Assembly: GCF_016433145.1 (NCBI RefSeq)
Contig: NC_058135.1
Coordinates: forward strand, 62,024,904-62,088,903
Source of the DNA: Gracilinanus agilis
Taxonomy: Eukaryota
Length of the DNA stretch: 64,000 nt
Reading direction: 5' to 3'
Shown here: positions 1 through 11,052 of the stretch, piece after piece
How positions within the stretch are numbered: the stretch's first letter is position 1
Layout of the letters: the number at the start of each line of letters is the position of its first letter
Program-made: the position numbers and the translations under genes
Notes under the pieces: model-generated
Database searches by the model: none
Told to the model about the DNA's origin: nothing
The model's input: only the letters and a program-made list of their open reading frames with translations

Positions 1-995
1 TGGAAATATATAGTCAATTTTGATGGGTAGTTGATCCGTGGTTGCAGGCCCAGCTCTCTTGCCTTTCTGAATATTGTATTCCACGCTTTGCGGTCTTTTA
101 GTGTTGAGGCTGCCAGATCCTGTGTGATCCTGATTGTTGCTCCTTGATATTTGAATTGTTTCTTTCTGGCTTCTTGTAAGATTTTTTCTTTTGCTTGGAA
201 ACTCTTGAATTTTGCAATGATGTTTCTTGGTGTTTTCCTTTCTTGATCGAATGCTGCAGGTGTTCTATGAATCCTTTCAATGTCTATATTGCCCTCTTGT
301 TGTAGGACTTCAGGGCAATTTTGCTGAATTATTTCTGTTAGTATAGAGTCCAGGTTTTTATTAATTTCTGGTTTTTCTGGAAGACCAATTATTCTCAAAT
401 TGTCTCTTCTAGACTGGTTTTCTTGGTCTGTCACTCTCTCATTGAGATATTTCATGTTTCCTTCTATTTTTTCAGTCTTTTGGCTTTGTTTTATTTGTTC
501 TTGTTGTCTTGAGAGATCATTAATTTCTACTTGCTCAATTCTAGCCTTTAGGGATTGATTTTCGGCTATAATCTTTTGTTTTTCGGCCATAATCTTCTGG
601 TAATCGGCCATAATCTTTTGGTTTTCGGCCATAATCTTCTTGTTTTCGGCCATAATCTTTTGGTATTCCTTTTCAATCTGGTCATTTCTTGTGTTCAATT
701 TGCTTATCAGTTCATTTGGTTTCTGAGCCTCGCTTTCCAGCTGCAAGATTCTACCTTTTAAGCTGTTATTTTCTTGCCAGATCTCTTCCATTTTCCTCAA
801 AATCTCAGATTTGAACTCGTCCATAGCTTGTGAGGAGTTTTCCTTATTTGGGGAGGGTCTGGATGGTTGTTTGTTCTCCTCCTCTGTTTGCTCGGTTGTC
901 TGGATTTTCTCTGTGTAAAAGCTGTCGAGTGTTAAAGACTTCTTTTTTTTGTTATTATTCTTTCTCTTCTGAATTTCCTGTAACTGGTTAGCCAT
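1..995 (-). CDS. ORF1: L1 ORF1p (coiled coil, RRM, CTD), 3'-partial and open to the window edge
   Basis: Manual translation from the ATG at 995: MANQLQEIQKRKNNNKKKKSLTLDSFYTEK...SRRDNLRIIGLPEKPE...RELGLQPRINYPSKLTIYF. I found no stop or frameshift. It is absent from the ORF track because it has no in-window stop. Confidence 0.9.
   Translation of the reverse strand, partial: MANQLQEIQKRKNNNKKKKSLTLDSFYTEKIQTTEQTEEENKQPSRPSPNKENSSQAMDEFKSEILRKMEEIWQENNSLKGRILQLESEAQKPNELISKLNTRNDQIEKEYQKIMAENKKIMAENQKIMADYQKIMAEKQKIIAENQSLKARIEQVEINDLSRQQEQIKQSQKTEKIEGNMKYLNERVTDQENQSRRDNLRIIGLPEKPEINKNLDSILTEIIQQNCPEVLQQEGNIDIERIHRTPAAFDQERKTPRNIIAKFKSFQAKEKILQEARKKQFKYQGATIRITQDLAASTLKDRKAWNTIFRKARELGLQPRINYPSKLTIYF
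559..663 (-). repeat. Five tandem 21-bp units encoding ORF1p heptads (QKIMAEN-like)
   Basis: The (t/a)tcggc(c/t)ataatctt core recurs at 561, 582, 603, 624 and 645. Confidence 0.95.
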
Positions 996-1227
996 CATTA
1001 GCCCAGCAGCTTCTCAGGTTTATCCTCGCTCTCAGTGTCTGTCTGAGATCTATTGGCTCCTGAGGTCTGAATTCTAGTTTTTTCCAAGGTCAAGCCCCCT
1101 GGTGGATTCCCTTGCTTGATCCTCTGCAGGAAGTTTCTTTACAAGTCTCAGGGCGCTACTTCCACTGTCGTATACCCGTCTGCACTGGTTCCCCACTTAG
1201 GCTTTGGTTCCTGGCTGTGTTTGCCTC

Positions 1228-1292
1228 CACCCACACCTCTGCTCAGCTGGCACCCACGCCTCTGCTCAGCCACACCCACGCCTCTGCTCAGC
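1228..1292 (-). repeat. Three ~22-bp tandem units in the L1 5'UTR
   Basis: cacccac(a/g)cctctgctcagc at 1228, 1251 and 1273. Confidence 0.9.
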
Positions 1293-1682
1293 CGGCACTC
1301 TGCGCGCCCAGCGTCCACTCTCTGCTCCCGCGCGTGGGCTCAGCTTTCGCGTGCGTTCTTGACTTAATGGGGTCCTAAGTCTTGCTGCTCTCAGGAACAG
1401 GTCCCGGAGCTGCTGATGACTCGATGGGTGCCCCAAACTTGCTCTATTTCTTTTTAGCTGGGTTCGAAGCTATAGGTGAGTGTGGAGGGGGTGGGGGTGG
1501 GGCGGTTGCTCAGCTCGCGATTTAAGGAGAGCCCTTTTTAGCCTGGAAATGTCTCGATTCCACGTACCTTCCACGCTGTGCCCTGTTGTGGGGTTCCTCC
1601 GTTCGTCTGGACTTGTTTTTATGTCCCCTTGAGGAGTTTTGTGTGTTTCGGTCAGGAGAGGTTAAGAGCTGCTTCTTACTCG

Positions 1683-1693
1683 GCCGCCATCTT
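1683..1693 (-). promoter_or_regulatory. YY1 motif (AAGATGGCGGC) at the L1 5' end, internal Pol II promoter
   Basis: The plus strand reads gccgccatctt, a YY1 consensus, in the position where mammalian L1 5'UTRs carry a YY1 site. Confidence 0.8.
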
Positions 1694-3034
1694 AACCCGG
1701 AAAAACGAGAAATGCTTTTTTGAAGAGCAAAGAGTTGAATTCTATCTAGAGTCCTATATAATGATGTTTAAGTTTTCCATCTGGGAAGCTCACCAGCACT
1801 TGCTCTAAATAGCTTCATTTTATTAACAGTAAAAATAAATCTATATTTTCAACCTTCTGAAAAGATTGATGATACCATAGTGTGCCAATGCCCATCATGA
1901 CATTTTTTTTTCAGACATGCATGATATTCATTGTGTAAAGTACTGTTCCAAATGTGCTTAAAGCTGCTATCCCAACTATATGGTTTGCAATGAGATTATT
2001 TCTTTGTTTTTATAATATAGAACTTTAAGTGCCAATGGTAAAATAACAGGCTCATTTCAATGCTGTGATAACGATATTATGTCTATTTCACTCACTGGCA
2101 GGGAACCCTTAGGAAATACAGTGAAATTCAACAGGAAGTGATCAGTTGTACAATAGGTTGAGATCTAAGCATTCTTAGCCCAGCTGCTTTTTCCATCTTT
2201 GTTTTACAGCACACTAGTACATTTTCACTGATAATAAAGAGATTTTCTTATGAAAATCTTGACAGGTCTTTTTTGTTATTATTATTTTAAATTCAATAAT
2301 CATCAATATCTCAAGACACAAAGAGAACAATAAACTTCTATGACATGCCATCTTTAAAAACCAAATATAATACAGATATAGAAATACACACATATATAAG
2401 ATGTTCCAAAAATCAAAGTGCAATTTCAACCTTCAAAAGCTTTTGGCACACCATGTATAAGTGCTTAACTATACTGTAAAAAATTATTCTATATTTTATC
2501 CTTCCACTCCTCCTTTCCATTCCTTCTGGGCAACTTTAAATATTATTAATATTTTTTCTAGTATCACTGCCCATCAACCCATCTCCTCCTTCCCTCCAAA
2601 TAAAAGTCCTCCCTTATAAAAATAAATAAAACATTGCCAATCAAACCAAATCAAAATATATTCTGTCCCTGAAATATTTAGTTTCCTAGCCCTAGTTTAG
2701 GAGTTTTTAACTTGGAGCATGTGAACTGTATTTTTTAAAGAGTTATCATTTATTTTAGTTCTTATATATAACATATAATGTTACATAGCAATAATATAAT
2801 ATGCATCACTTGTTATAAATCAAACTTTTAAAATATTTGGTAACTATACTTTAATATTATGTTTCCTTAATTATCTTCTACATTTTAAAATATCATTCTG
2901 AGAAGGGCTCCAAAGGCTTCACCAGATGACCAAAGAGATCCATCCATGACCCAAAAAGAGGTTAAACACTTCTTCATCTAGTTCATTACCTCTCCACAAA
3001 GAGTTAGAATGATCTGTTTCTTGATTTGAAGTCT

Positions 3035-3190
3035 TTCGTATCTGACCTCAGTTACTTCCTAACTGTGTGACCCTGGGCAAGTAATTTACCTCACCCCTCC
3101 ACCCCCCAACCCCCATTGCTTATACCTTCTCACTCTTGTGCCTTGGAACCAGTACACAGTATTGATTCTAATGAAGGTAAGGATTTTTTA
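3035..3190 (+). mobile_element. 5'-truncated SINE1_Mdo-type SINE
   Basis: cccccattgcttatacc...ttggaaccagtacacagtattgattc...gaaggtaagg. Confidence 0.8.
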
Positions 3191-3949
3191 GAAAGACACA
3201 GGTTAAGACAGCCCTTTGCATCTTCAGATTCTTTTTTGTCCTTGTTTTCTCCTTGAAAGACTTTTCTTTTCAATAGATATTTCATTTTCCTTTATGTTAG
3301 TTCGTCCAAGCTCTCATCTCCTCATCTAGCAAGAAGGCTGGTTTGTAATCTGTATTTATTTGATTCTTACTTGGCCAAGTAGCTAACCCATTATTTCTAG
3401 ACATCAGAATACCAAGAAATCTGTATTCTTATTCTGGTCATGGATTCCTAGAATAGAGTTAGCCAATGTGACCTCTAGGGCTGGCTGAACTATTTAACCT
3501 CCCTCTTTCCCATTTCCATCTTTTGGTTTCCCCTGATTTTCCCCTTATCCCAAAAGGCATTCCAGGTACCTTACTAATACTGGCAACCCAAAGTCCAACA
3601 ACCAACAAAATTCAGATCTATACTTATTCCATTAATGTGCAAACTGATCAGCAGAACTCCCGGGTTATCAATTTTTGGTTCCTGACATCTAGATCCCCAT
3701 AACTCATGGTAAAGCCCACGTATGCAGTCTACCCATTCAACTTAAATGCCTTCTCCCCATTCTTCCATTTCTCATCCTAATCTTCTAATCAAAATCAATA
3801 GAAGAGTTTTGATCAACAAGTTTCAGTAGAAAACAAATTATTTACACCAAGGTTCAATTTTTTTATAATAATTACCTAAAAATAAGGAATTAATTGTTTT
3901 TGGGGGGAAGGCTTGCTTGAAGTTGGAAATGAACAAAAGTTTTCATTTT

Positions 3950-4170
3950 CATATAGTGCTTTAAGGTTTGCTAAGGACTTTACTGATATTTTCTCACTTT
4001 ATCTTCACAACAACCTGGTGAGGTAGGTGTTAATATTATCTACCATTTATAAATGTAGAAACTAAGGCAGACAGAGGTTGATGACTTGCCCAGGGTTACA
4101 CAACTAGTAAATGTCTGAGACTGGATTTGACTCTAAGTCCAATGCTCTATCTATTGAGCTACCTAAGCGC
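3950..4170 (-). mobile_element. MIR-type CORE-SINE (one of about 20 MIR-like pieces in the window)
   Basis: acaacctggtgaggtaggt...gaaactaaggcag...gacttgcccagggttacac. Confidence 0.75.
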
Positions 4171-6914
4171 CTCTAGGTATGAATACTTCTAATTCCAGGT
4201 CTTCAAGAAATTTCCTTCCTCCCCCACAACAGTCACTTGTTCCAGGACAAGGGAGGATTTCCACAGGAAGTCAAGGGTAAAACTATGGCTACTCCTGGGG
4301 AAATGATGGGTTAGTGCAAATAGGTTGGGTGGTATTTTTGAAGGTGTACCTGTTTAGAATTCTTTATGGTTAAGTAAAATGAACATCAGCATCCTAGGCT
4401 AGGTTCTGCTCATTCCATAAGAGTCAATACGCATACTCTAGACAAGATAGAGAATTTCACTCAGTGTTGGGAAGGATATGGGCTAAAGTTCTGCCTCTGA
4501 CATATATTGGCTTTGGGCAGCTGCAAGTTCCTTTACCTATCAGTGCTCCAAGAAACTACAACTATAAATGGCACAGCAGGTCCCAGGCTACATTTTCCAA
4601 TACTATCTGCCAACTATACAAAGAATATTTAGTTGAAATTTGGCTAGTAAATTTCTACTTTCCCCAATATCAATTAGTTGTTTTTGCAAATTAATAGAAA
4701 GATAATATATTTTATATTTTAGCCAATAGGTTCAGAATAAGCTGAAATTCTTCATTTGAAGGATTTTTAATGGTTTTTAAAATTCTCCTTTAAGTTTTTT
4801 TAATGTGTAGATAAAAGAATTATAGGTACAAATTGTTTCCAACAACAAAATTAGGTTTTTAAATGTCTTACTCACCACCATGGCTTCATACTCTCATTAA
4901 TAAACATTTTCAGATACACAATACACTTAAGGAAAGGTTTATCAAATATTATGGTATGTGTGAATTCATATTTCACATAACTTTGATAACTATAAACTTT
5001 GGAGCCAGCTTCCTATTAGATGTGACTTCATTGTCCTTGTTTTAACCCGACAACATGGCTGATGAAAACCTGAGACTAAGAATCAAAGCATCAATTTTTC
5101 CTTTTTCTTGTTTCCCTGTGCTTGAATTACGGGTTCTCCTCTCAATCATGTTTTCTGTTTAAGCTCATTTTCCATTTTATAAGGATTAATATAGTTAAAT
5201 GCAATAGAATGGAATGGAATAATGGAATATAATTTAAGTGGATGGGCATAAACTGTGATAGATTTTCACATGTTGAAAATAGATCATTGAGTGAGAACAC
5301 CATCATCAAGCCATCTCCACTGGGAATTCCCACTCTTCCCTCAGAATGGCCAATATAATTAATATGCAACATAATCATCTCAGAGACAAAGTAAGAACAC
5401 TATTGTCGGTCTCCATATAAAATATTAGTAAAGCTTCATCTTTCTTTGTTTTAGGTAAAAATATGAATAGTTCTAATACTTTCTTCCTCACTGCAATGAA
5501 TTATATTGTGTGCCCCCTGGGATAAGTACACTACATCTTAGAGACCACTACCCACAAAGGCAATGAAGTCACAAAGCTCCCGCAAAATGGTTAAGTATCT
5601 TGCTTTTCAGGGAAATTTTGCTTTTAGAGGACGATTCCGGAAAAAAAAACTATATCTCTTTGTGATAACACCAAAGGAATGAATCTCTAATGGTGACAAC
5701 TTCAGACACTGTGATAGTTTAATAGAAGAGATATTTGGAAACAGAGGAATTCTTCAGTGATATCCTTCATACTTCACCTATGCTTAATTCTGCTTTAGTT
5801 GAGAGTCGTTTCACCTAAGCCATAAAAATTAACAGCCAACAGTCATATCTGATAAGAATTTTATAAGTTTAAAAGATCGATCCTGTCATTACTAAATGAA
5901 CTAGTAGACCTGCCTGAATTCGAATCCAGCCTCATATACTTACCAGTGTGTTACTTAACCTATTTCCTCAAGTATAAAATGGGGATAATAATAGCATTTA
6001 TCTCCCAGGATTGTGGTGAGGGTCAAATAAGAGGATATTTATAAGGTGCTTTGAAAACTTTAAAGTGGTATGTAAAGGTCAGCTATTCTTATTTTTCCTT
6101 GTATCATGAGCAAATATAGTATGTTTTAAGTGGTAAAAGAGATATCAAACCATGCTTTGAATCACTGTTTTTGCCACCAGATGACTTACTTGATCCATCA
6201 TGATTCAGTCTGAGAATTAACTCAGAAAGCAGAACAAAGGGCAGCAGTCACAAGTTTTGGATTTCAAATGATGCATATCAGATTATTATCACGAGTGACT
6301 CATTTTATATGAAACTATGCCAATGCAAAGAGCTACTAAATGCCAAAGATTCATTGAAAGTATGCAAATAGAATTTACTACTGGTGAATGCGGTCCATAT
6401 AGATAATAAAAGACAACTTAGTATCAGATATAAATTCAAGGAAAATTCCAGAAAATTAACCAGGTATTTATCGAGTACCTACTATGTGCCCAATGCTGAG
6501 ACAGACTATCAAAAATTTCAACTAACAGAGAAATCTATAAATATGCAAGCTACTTGTGATTGAAAGAACTTAAGCAAAGAACAAATAAATAAATGCTTTA
6601 AGACTCAACATGCAGATTGAGAAAAATATTCCAAGCTTACTTCCACAGAGGAAAGATTAATGCAATAAATATTTTCCTAGTTCCAATCATAAGTCATTTG
6701 GTATTACAAAATGCTCCCAGGATGATATATCAAAAGCCATAACACATACCATCATTGATAACCCACTAAAAATAGCGTCAAATAGCATTACTCTTTCTGG
6801 CCCTTAATACTTTGCCCTTCCTCTACAGAAGGATTCAATCTATTTCATTAAAGTCTCATGGAAGTATTCAAGCAAGTTCAAGGAAGTCTCATGTCAACAT
6901 CTGAGCCTCTAAAC

Positions 6915-7110
6915 TAGGGATTTTTGCCCTGAGCTCCATGAATTGTTTTAAAAATATTTTTATGGTTGGATTTCAGTATAATTTGGTTTCCTTCATTATC
7001 CCATATATTTTATTGTATGTATTTGAAACATTATTCTGAGAAGATATCTGTTGGCATCACCAGACTGGCCTAAAAGGCTCTACAACACACACAAAAAGGC
7101 AAAGAACCCT
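6915..7110. mobile_element. Ancient hAT-like MITE (related copies at about 2695-2970, 10555-11270, 19140-19310, 49615-49830 and 63130-63325)
   Basis: Shared tccatgaa...ttcaatataattggtttcc...attctgagaag...caccagact...aaaaag..aagaaccc architecture. Confidence 0.65.
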
Positions 7111-8965
7111 TTTTATATAGGTTTGGCAAGTAAGCTTAGTAGACCAATATTTATCCAGGTGACTGGGTCCCAAAGGAAACCAGACTGGTATATTTGTAGG
7201 AAATTTTTTAAAGAATGTTTTTAATCTCATCAAAAGCACTAACACCCTAAAAGAACTCAATAAAATAACCTAGCTAATAATTCCAATTTTACCAAAGCAC
7301 CATGCATCAAGGAGGTTCTTATAAATGTTTATTAAATGATTGGAATGAGTTGGATGGGAAGGTATGTAAGGCTGAGATTTATTCTGCGTGGCCAGAGTAT
7401 ATAAACCAAGAAAATTTAGGAAATGTTCTGAGGGACAAGCACTTCAATTCCTGGGGTTTATTCCTATCAGGAAGTCATTGAATCAGACTCTCAGAGCAGA
7501 TAGGATCCTCAAAGTCAATCTACTCCAATGTGTCCCCAATTTATAATCGATCCCTTCTACTCTACTCTAAGCCCCATAGAAACTCATCAAACTTTTTCTT
7601 GAAAATCTTCAGTGATGAAGAACCCACACCATCTCCCCAAACAACCTATTTCACACTGTGAGGCAGCTATAATCACTAAAGAAAATTTTCTTCACATTGT
7701 GACTAAATTTCTCTTTCTACAAATTTCCACCCATTGTTTTTAATTTCATCTTCTGCACTCAAGATGATGTCATCAATTCCTCTTCATTTAGACAGCCTTT
7801 CAGATATTTTAAGACAACTCTCTTATCTTTTCTTAAGTCTTCTTTCTAGAAGGAACATCCCCAGGCTGGGAACACTGAGTCTATGAACATCTTCAACTTC
7901 AATTTGTTAATACTGCCTTAACAGAATCCCTGCTCAACTGGCCAAAAAGCCAAAGAAAGAATCATCCTCCATCCAGTTAAACACACATAATTAAACCCCT
8001 TTTTATAAAGCTGTGCTATGCACTTGACAGAAAAAAGGAATATGCACTGTGATCTAGCTAACTAAATTGAAAGTTTCAAAAACTCTTATTTTATAGTCAA
8101 AATTACCCCAAATGATAATTTAAACCCCAAATCTAACCTCCTTTCCCTTCACAAAAACTTAAAGTAAGGTATTTATTTACCTCAAAACTTTACAATAGTT
8201 TTGATTGAACCAAAATTTCTTAGATATCTAAAGCTTAAATACAGTCTGTCAGATATTACTGGAAAAAAAACTTTAATACATGCTATATAGTCTCAATCTT
8301 CAAGGAGCCTGCAATCCGGTTGTTGAGAAGTCATATATACATGTACATACATGTACATGTAATGCATATATGATATATTATGTGTATAAATCTAATTAGA
8401 AATGAGGCATACAATAACATGTGAAATTGAATATGATCAAATGTCAAAATATATGATATAGATAATAAGTCTTAAGTGGTTAGAATAGGGAGGAATGGCG
8501 TTAGGATTCCACAAGATTTTTGCAGGTGGAAAGTGACAAAGTCTTTTTTTCCCCCAACCAGAATATTTGCATAAGAAAAGGCAAGACAATAGATATCATC
8601 ATATTCTGTGTATAACAGGAGTATGGTCTGGATAGTGGAAAGGGGGTAGAGAACCTGAATTTATCTATCATTGCCATTCTTCATTTGTCTAACTCTGGAC
8701 AAGTGACTACCGCTCTGAACCTCAGATTTCCTCATATATAAAACGAGGGGTTTAAACTAGACATCTGCTGAGATCCCTTCCAGCTCCAGAGCTAGAGGAA
8801 TCGAGGAATATGGCCTCCTTGAGCTTCTGTTTTGTCACCTGTAAAAAGCAAGAGTCAGACTAAATGACCTCTAAAGTCTCTACCATCTCTAAACTTATGA
8901 TACATTAAAGGACTGGTTGGGGAAGTTTTGAGAAATAAAGTTGACTAAATAAAGCAAAGGGGTAG

Positions 8966-9210
8966 GTAGGTAATGCCACAGTGCACAGAATGCTGGCTCT
9001 GAAGACTAATCTTCCATTCAAATCTAGCCTCAGAAACTTTACCAGCTCTATGACCCTGGACAATTCACTTAACCCTGTTTGTCTCTATTTCCTCATCTGT
9101 AAAATGGGGTGGAGAAGGAAACAGAAAACCATTTCAATATCTTTGCCAAGAAAACCCCAAATGGGGTCACAGAGAATCAGAAATGACTAAAAAAATGACT
9201 GAACAACAAA
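8966..9210 (+). mobile_element. Mar1 CORE-SINE
   Basis: ggagaaggaaa...atctttgccaagaaaaccccaaatggggtcac tail. Confidence 0.85.
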
Positions 9211-10698
9211 GGAAAGTGAAAACAGATAATTAAGAGATTGAATTAATCCTATATTATAGATTCTATGACTTAGGGATTCATACCCAGTATCAATATTTTA
9301 CTTCTTAAAAACAAATGGATAACAACTACAGAACAAAAAGTACCTTAGTTCTGTCACTTTCTCTGGCTCTAGCCTGGTTTGATTTCCTTACTAGGGTCAC
9401 TGAACTTGTGGAAAGAATAACGAATAGGAGTTACCACAAAGAAGAACAGTTGGATTAAATTCAATAATAGCAAGATCTATTCAGAAAAGCAGCTTTGGGT
9501 ATCTGCAGTACAGGGTCTAAAACTGTGCTAAGCACTCCAGTACATGTTAATAGATAGTAAGTACTAAGAGAAATGATGTTAGCAATAATGTGACCCCATT
9601 TCAGCCCTCAGTTCTGGGATCACACCAGTATCACGTACAGGATTTTAAACATCAGAGATACTGCATTGAGAAAAGCAGCTGGCTGACTACAGGGAGCCAC
9701 TGACTGTGACTGGGAAACCTGCCCCATCAGGGAGTAAAATAACAATAATGATAATGGTAATACCTTGGATTTACACTATGCTTTAACCTACAAGAGCTCA
9801 CAGAATTCCATGGACTATGAGTTTTGAGTGTGGCCACTTAGGCTGATTGAAAAGAAAAGCTACTTTATCCAGACCATTCAGTTAATTCTCAACCTCAGTC
9901 TTAATTCAATTAAGTGGAATTTTGAATACTTTTTTTTAAAATGCTGCTTTCACCAATTTTACCATGAAAAAAAAATATATTACATTTTTCAAAGAGTGAG
10001 CATCTTGAGTGTTTAAGATGCAAAATGTTTTTTTATTACAAAATATTCCTTTCTCATAATATAAAGTGTCCTGGACTGCTTGAGTGCCTGTAAATGATAA
10101 TTTCTATGACTAAAGCTCAATAAGGTCTTTGGCAGCTACAATTAATAGTCTTCATCCAAGTGTTTCAAAAGGCATTCAATGGCTGTTTATAGCCAAAAAA
10201 AAATAGGTTTTCAATTGTAAGGAAGTCATACCAAAGCAATCAGTGATTTTTTTTAAATCAAAGTGCCCAGAAATGTCAGATTCATAATCAACTTCAAATG
10301 AGAGCATGACTTCTGGAGCAATAAGGGATGTAAGGAATTTTGAAAATCCAAAGCCATTTGTAAAGAAAAATGATGGCTAAACAAACCATGAGATGTGAAG
10401 TATTATTTCTCAATGAAAAAGAATAGAGAATTCAGAAAAGAATGAGAAATGTTCATGAACTGATACAGTGAATCAAGTACAATCAATAGTACAAATATAG
10501 AATTATTTCAAAAACGTGAATGAAAAGATTGCTGAAAGGAACACAAACTCTAATTCAGGAATTCTTAAACTAGGTTCCATGGAGTGGTCCATGAAGTTAA
10601 ATAGGAAAAACATGCATCTCTTTGATAATATGAAAACTTAAAACTGCACTAAGACTTTGAGGACACCCTGTATTTGGTTTCTTTTGTAATCCTATTTT

Positions 10699-11052
10699 TT
10701 CTTTTTTTATCCATATTTTTCCAGATTATATGTAGATACTGTTTTTAGTAATTATTTTCTGACATTTTATAATCTATACTCTCTCCCTCTTTCCCACTAC
10801 TCCCCCAATCCCAGGATGTCAAACAATATGATGTGGATTATATATGTTCTATAATGCAATATATATTTTCATGTTCATCATGTTGTGAAAGAAGACATAT
10901 ATTGCTTTTACTAGAAAAAACTCATGAAGAAAATGAAGTGAAAAATGATACACTTTGATCTATATTCAGACTCCATCAGTTCCTTCTAGGATGGTGGATA
11001 TCCTTTTTCATCATGAGTTTCTTTGGAGTTGAATTGGATTCTTGCTTTGCTG
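10699..11052 (-). mobile_element. Older truncated L1 3' fragment with a 14-bp TSD, inserted in an old hAT-type MITE
   Basis: tgtaatcctatttt at 10685-10698 and 11053-11066. The insert resembles marsupial L1 3'UTR in antisense. Confidence 0.8.

Larger units (their letters stand above)
1..1705 (-). mobile_element. LINE-1 (opossum-type), 5' part: 5'UTR plus ORF1, continuing past the left window edge
   Basis: Reverse complement begins ttccgggttaagatggcggccgagtaagaagcagc and aligns along its length with the L1 at 28785. The flank reads ttc/aaaaaagcatttctcg (1706-1721), an L1 endonuclease-type site and candidate TSD. Confidence 0.97.

Noticed and set aside
559-663. Regular 21-bp repeats that could suggest a CRISPR-like array
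   Set aside because: The units are contiguous with no unique spacers and are in frame within L1 ORF1, in eukaryotic DNA.
5321-5332. Palindromic NF-kB-like site tgggaattccca, also GGGATTTTCC on the minus strand at 61032-61041
   Set aside because: Isolated 10-12-bp motifs are expected by chance in 64 kb, and there is no supporting cluster.
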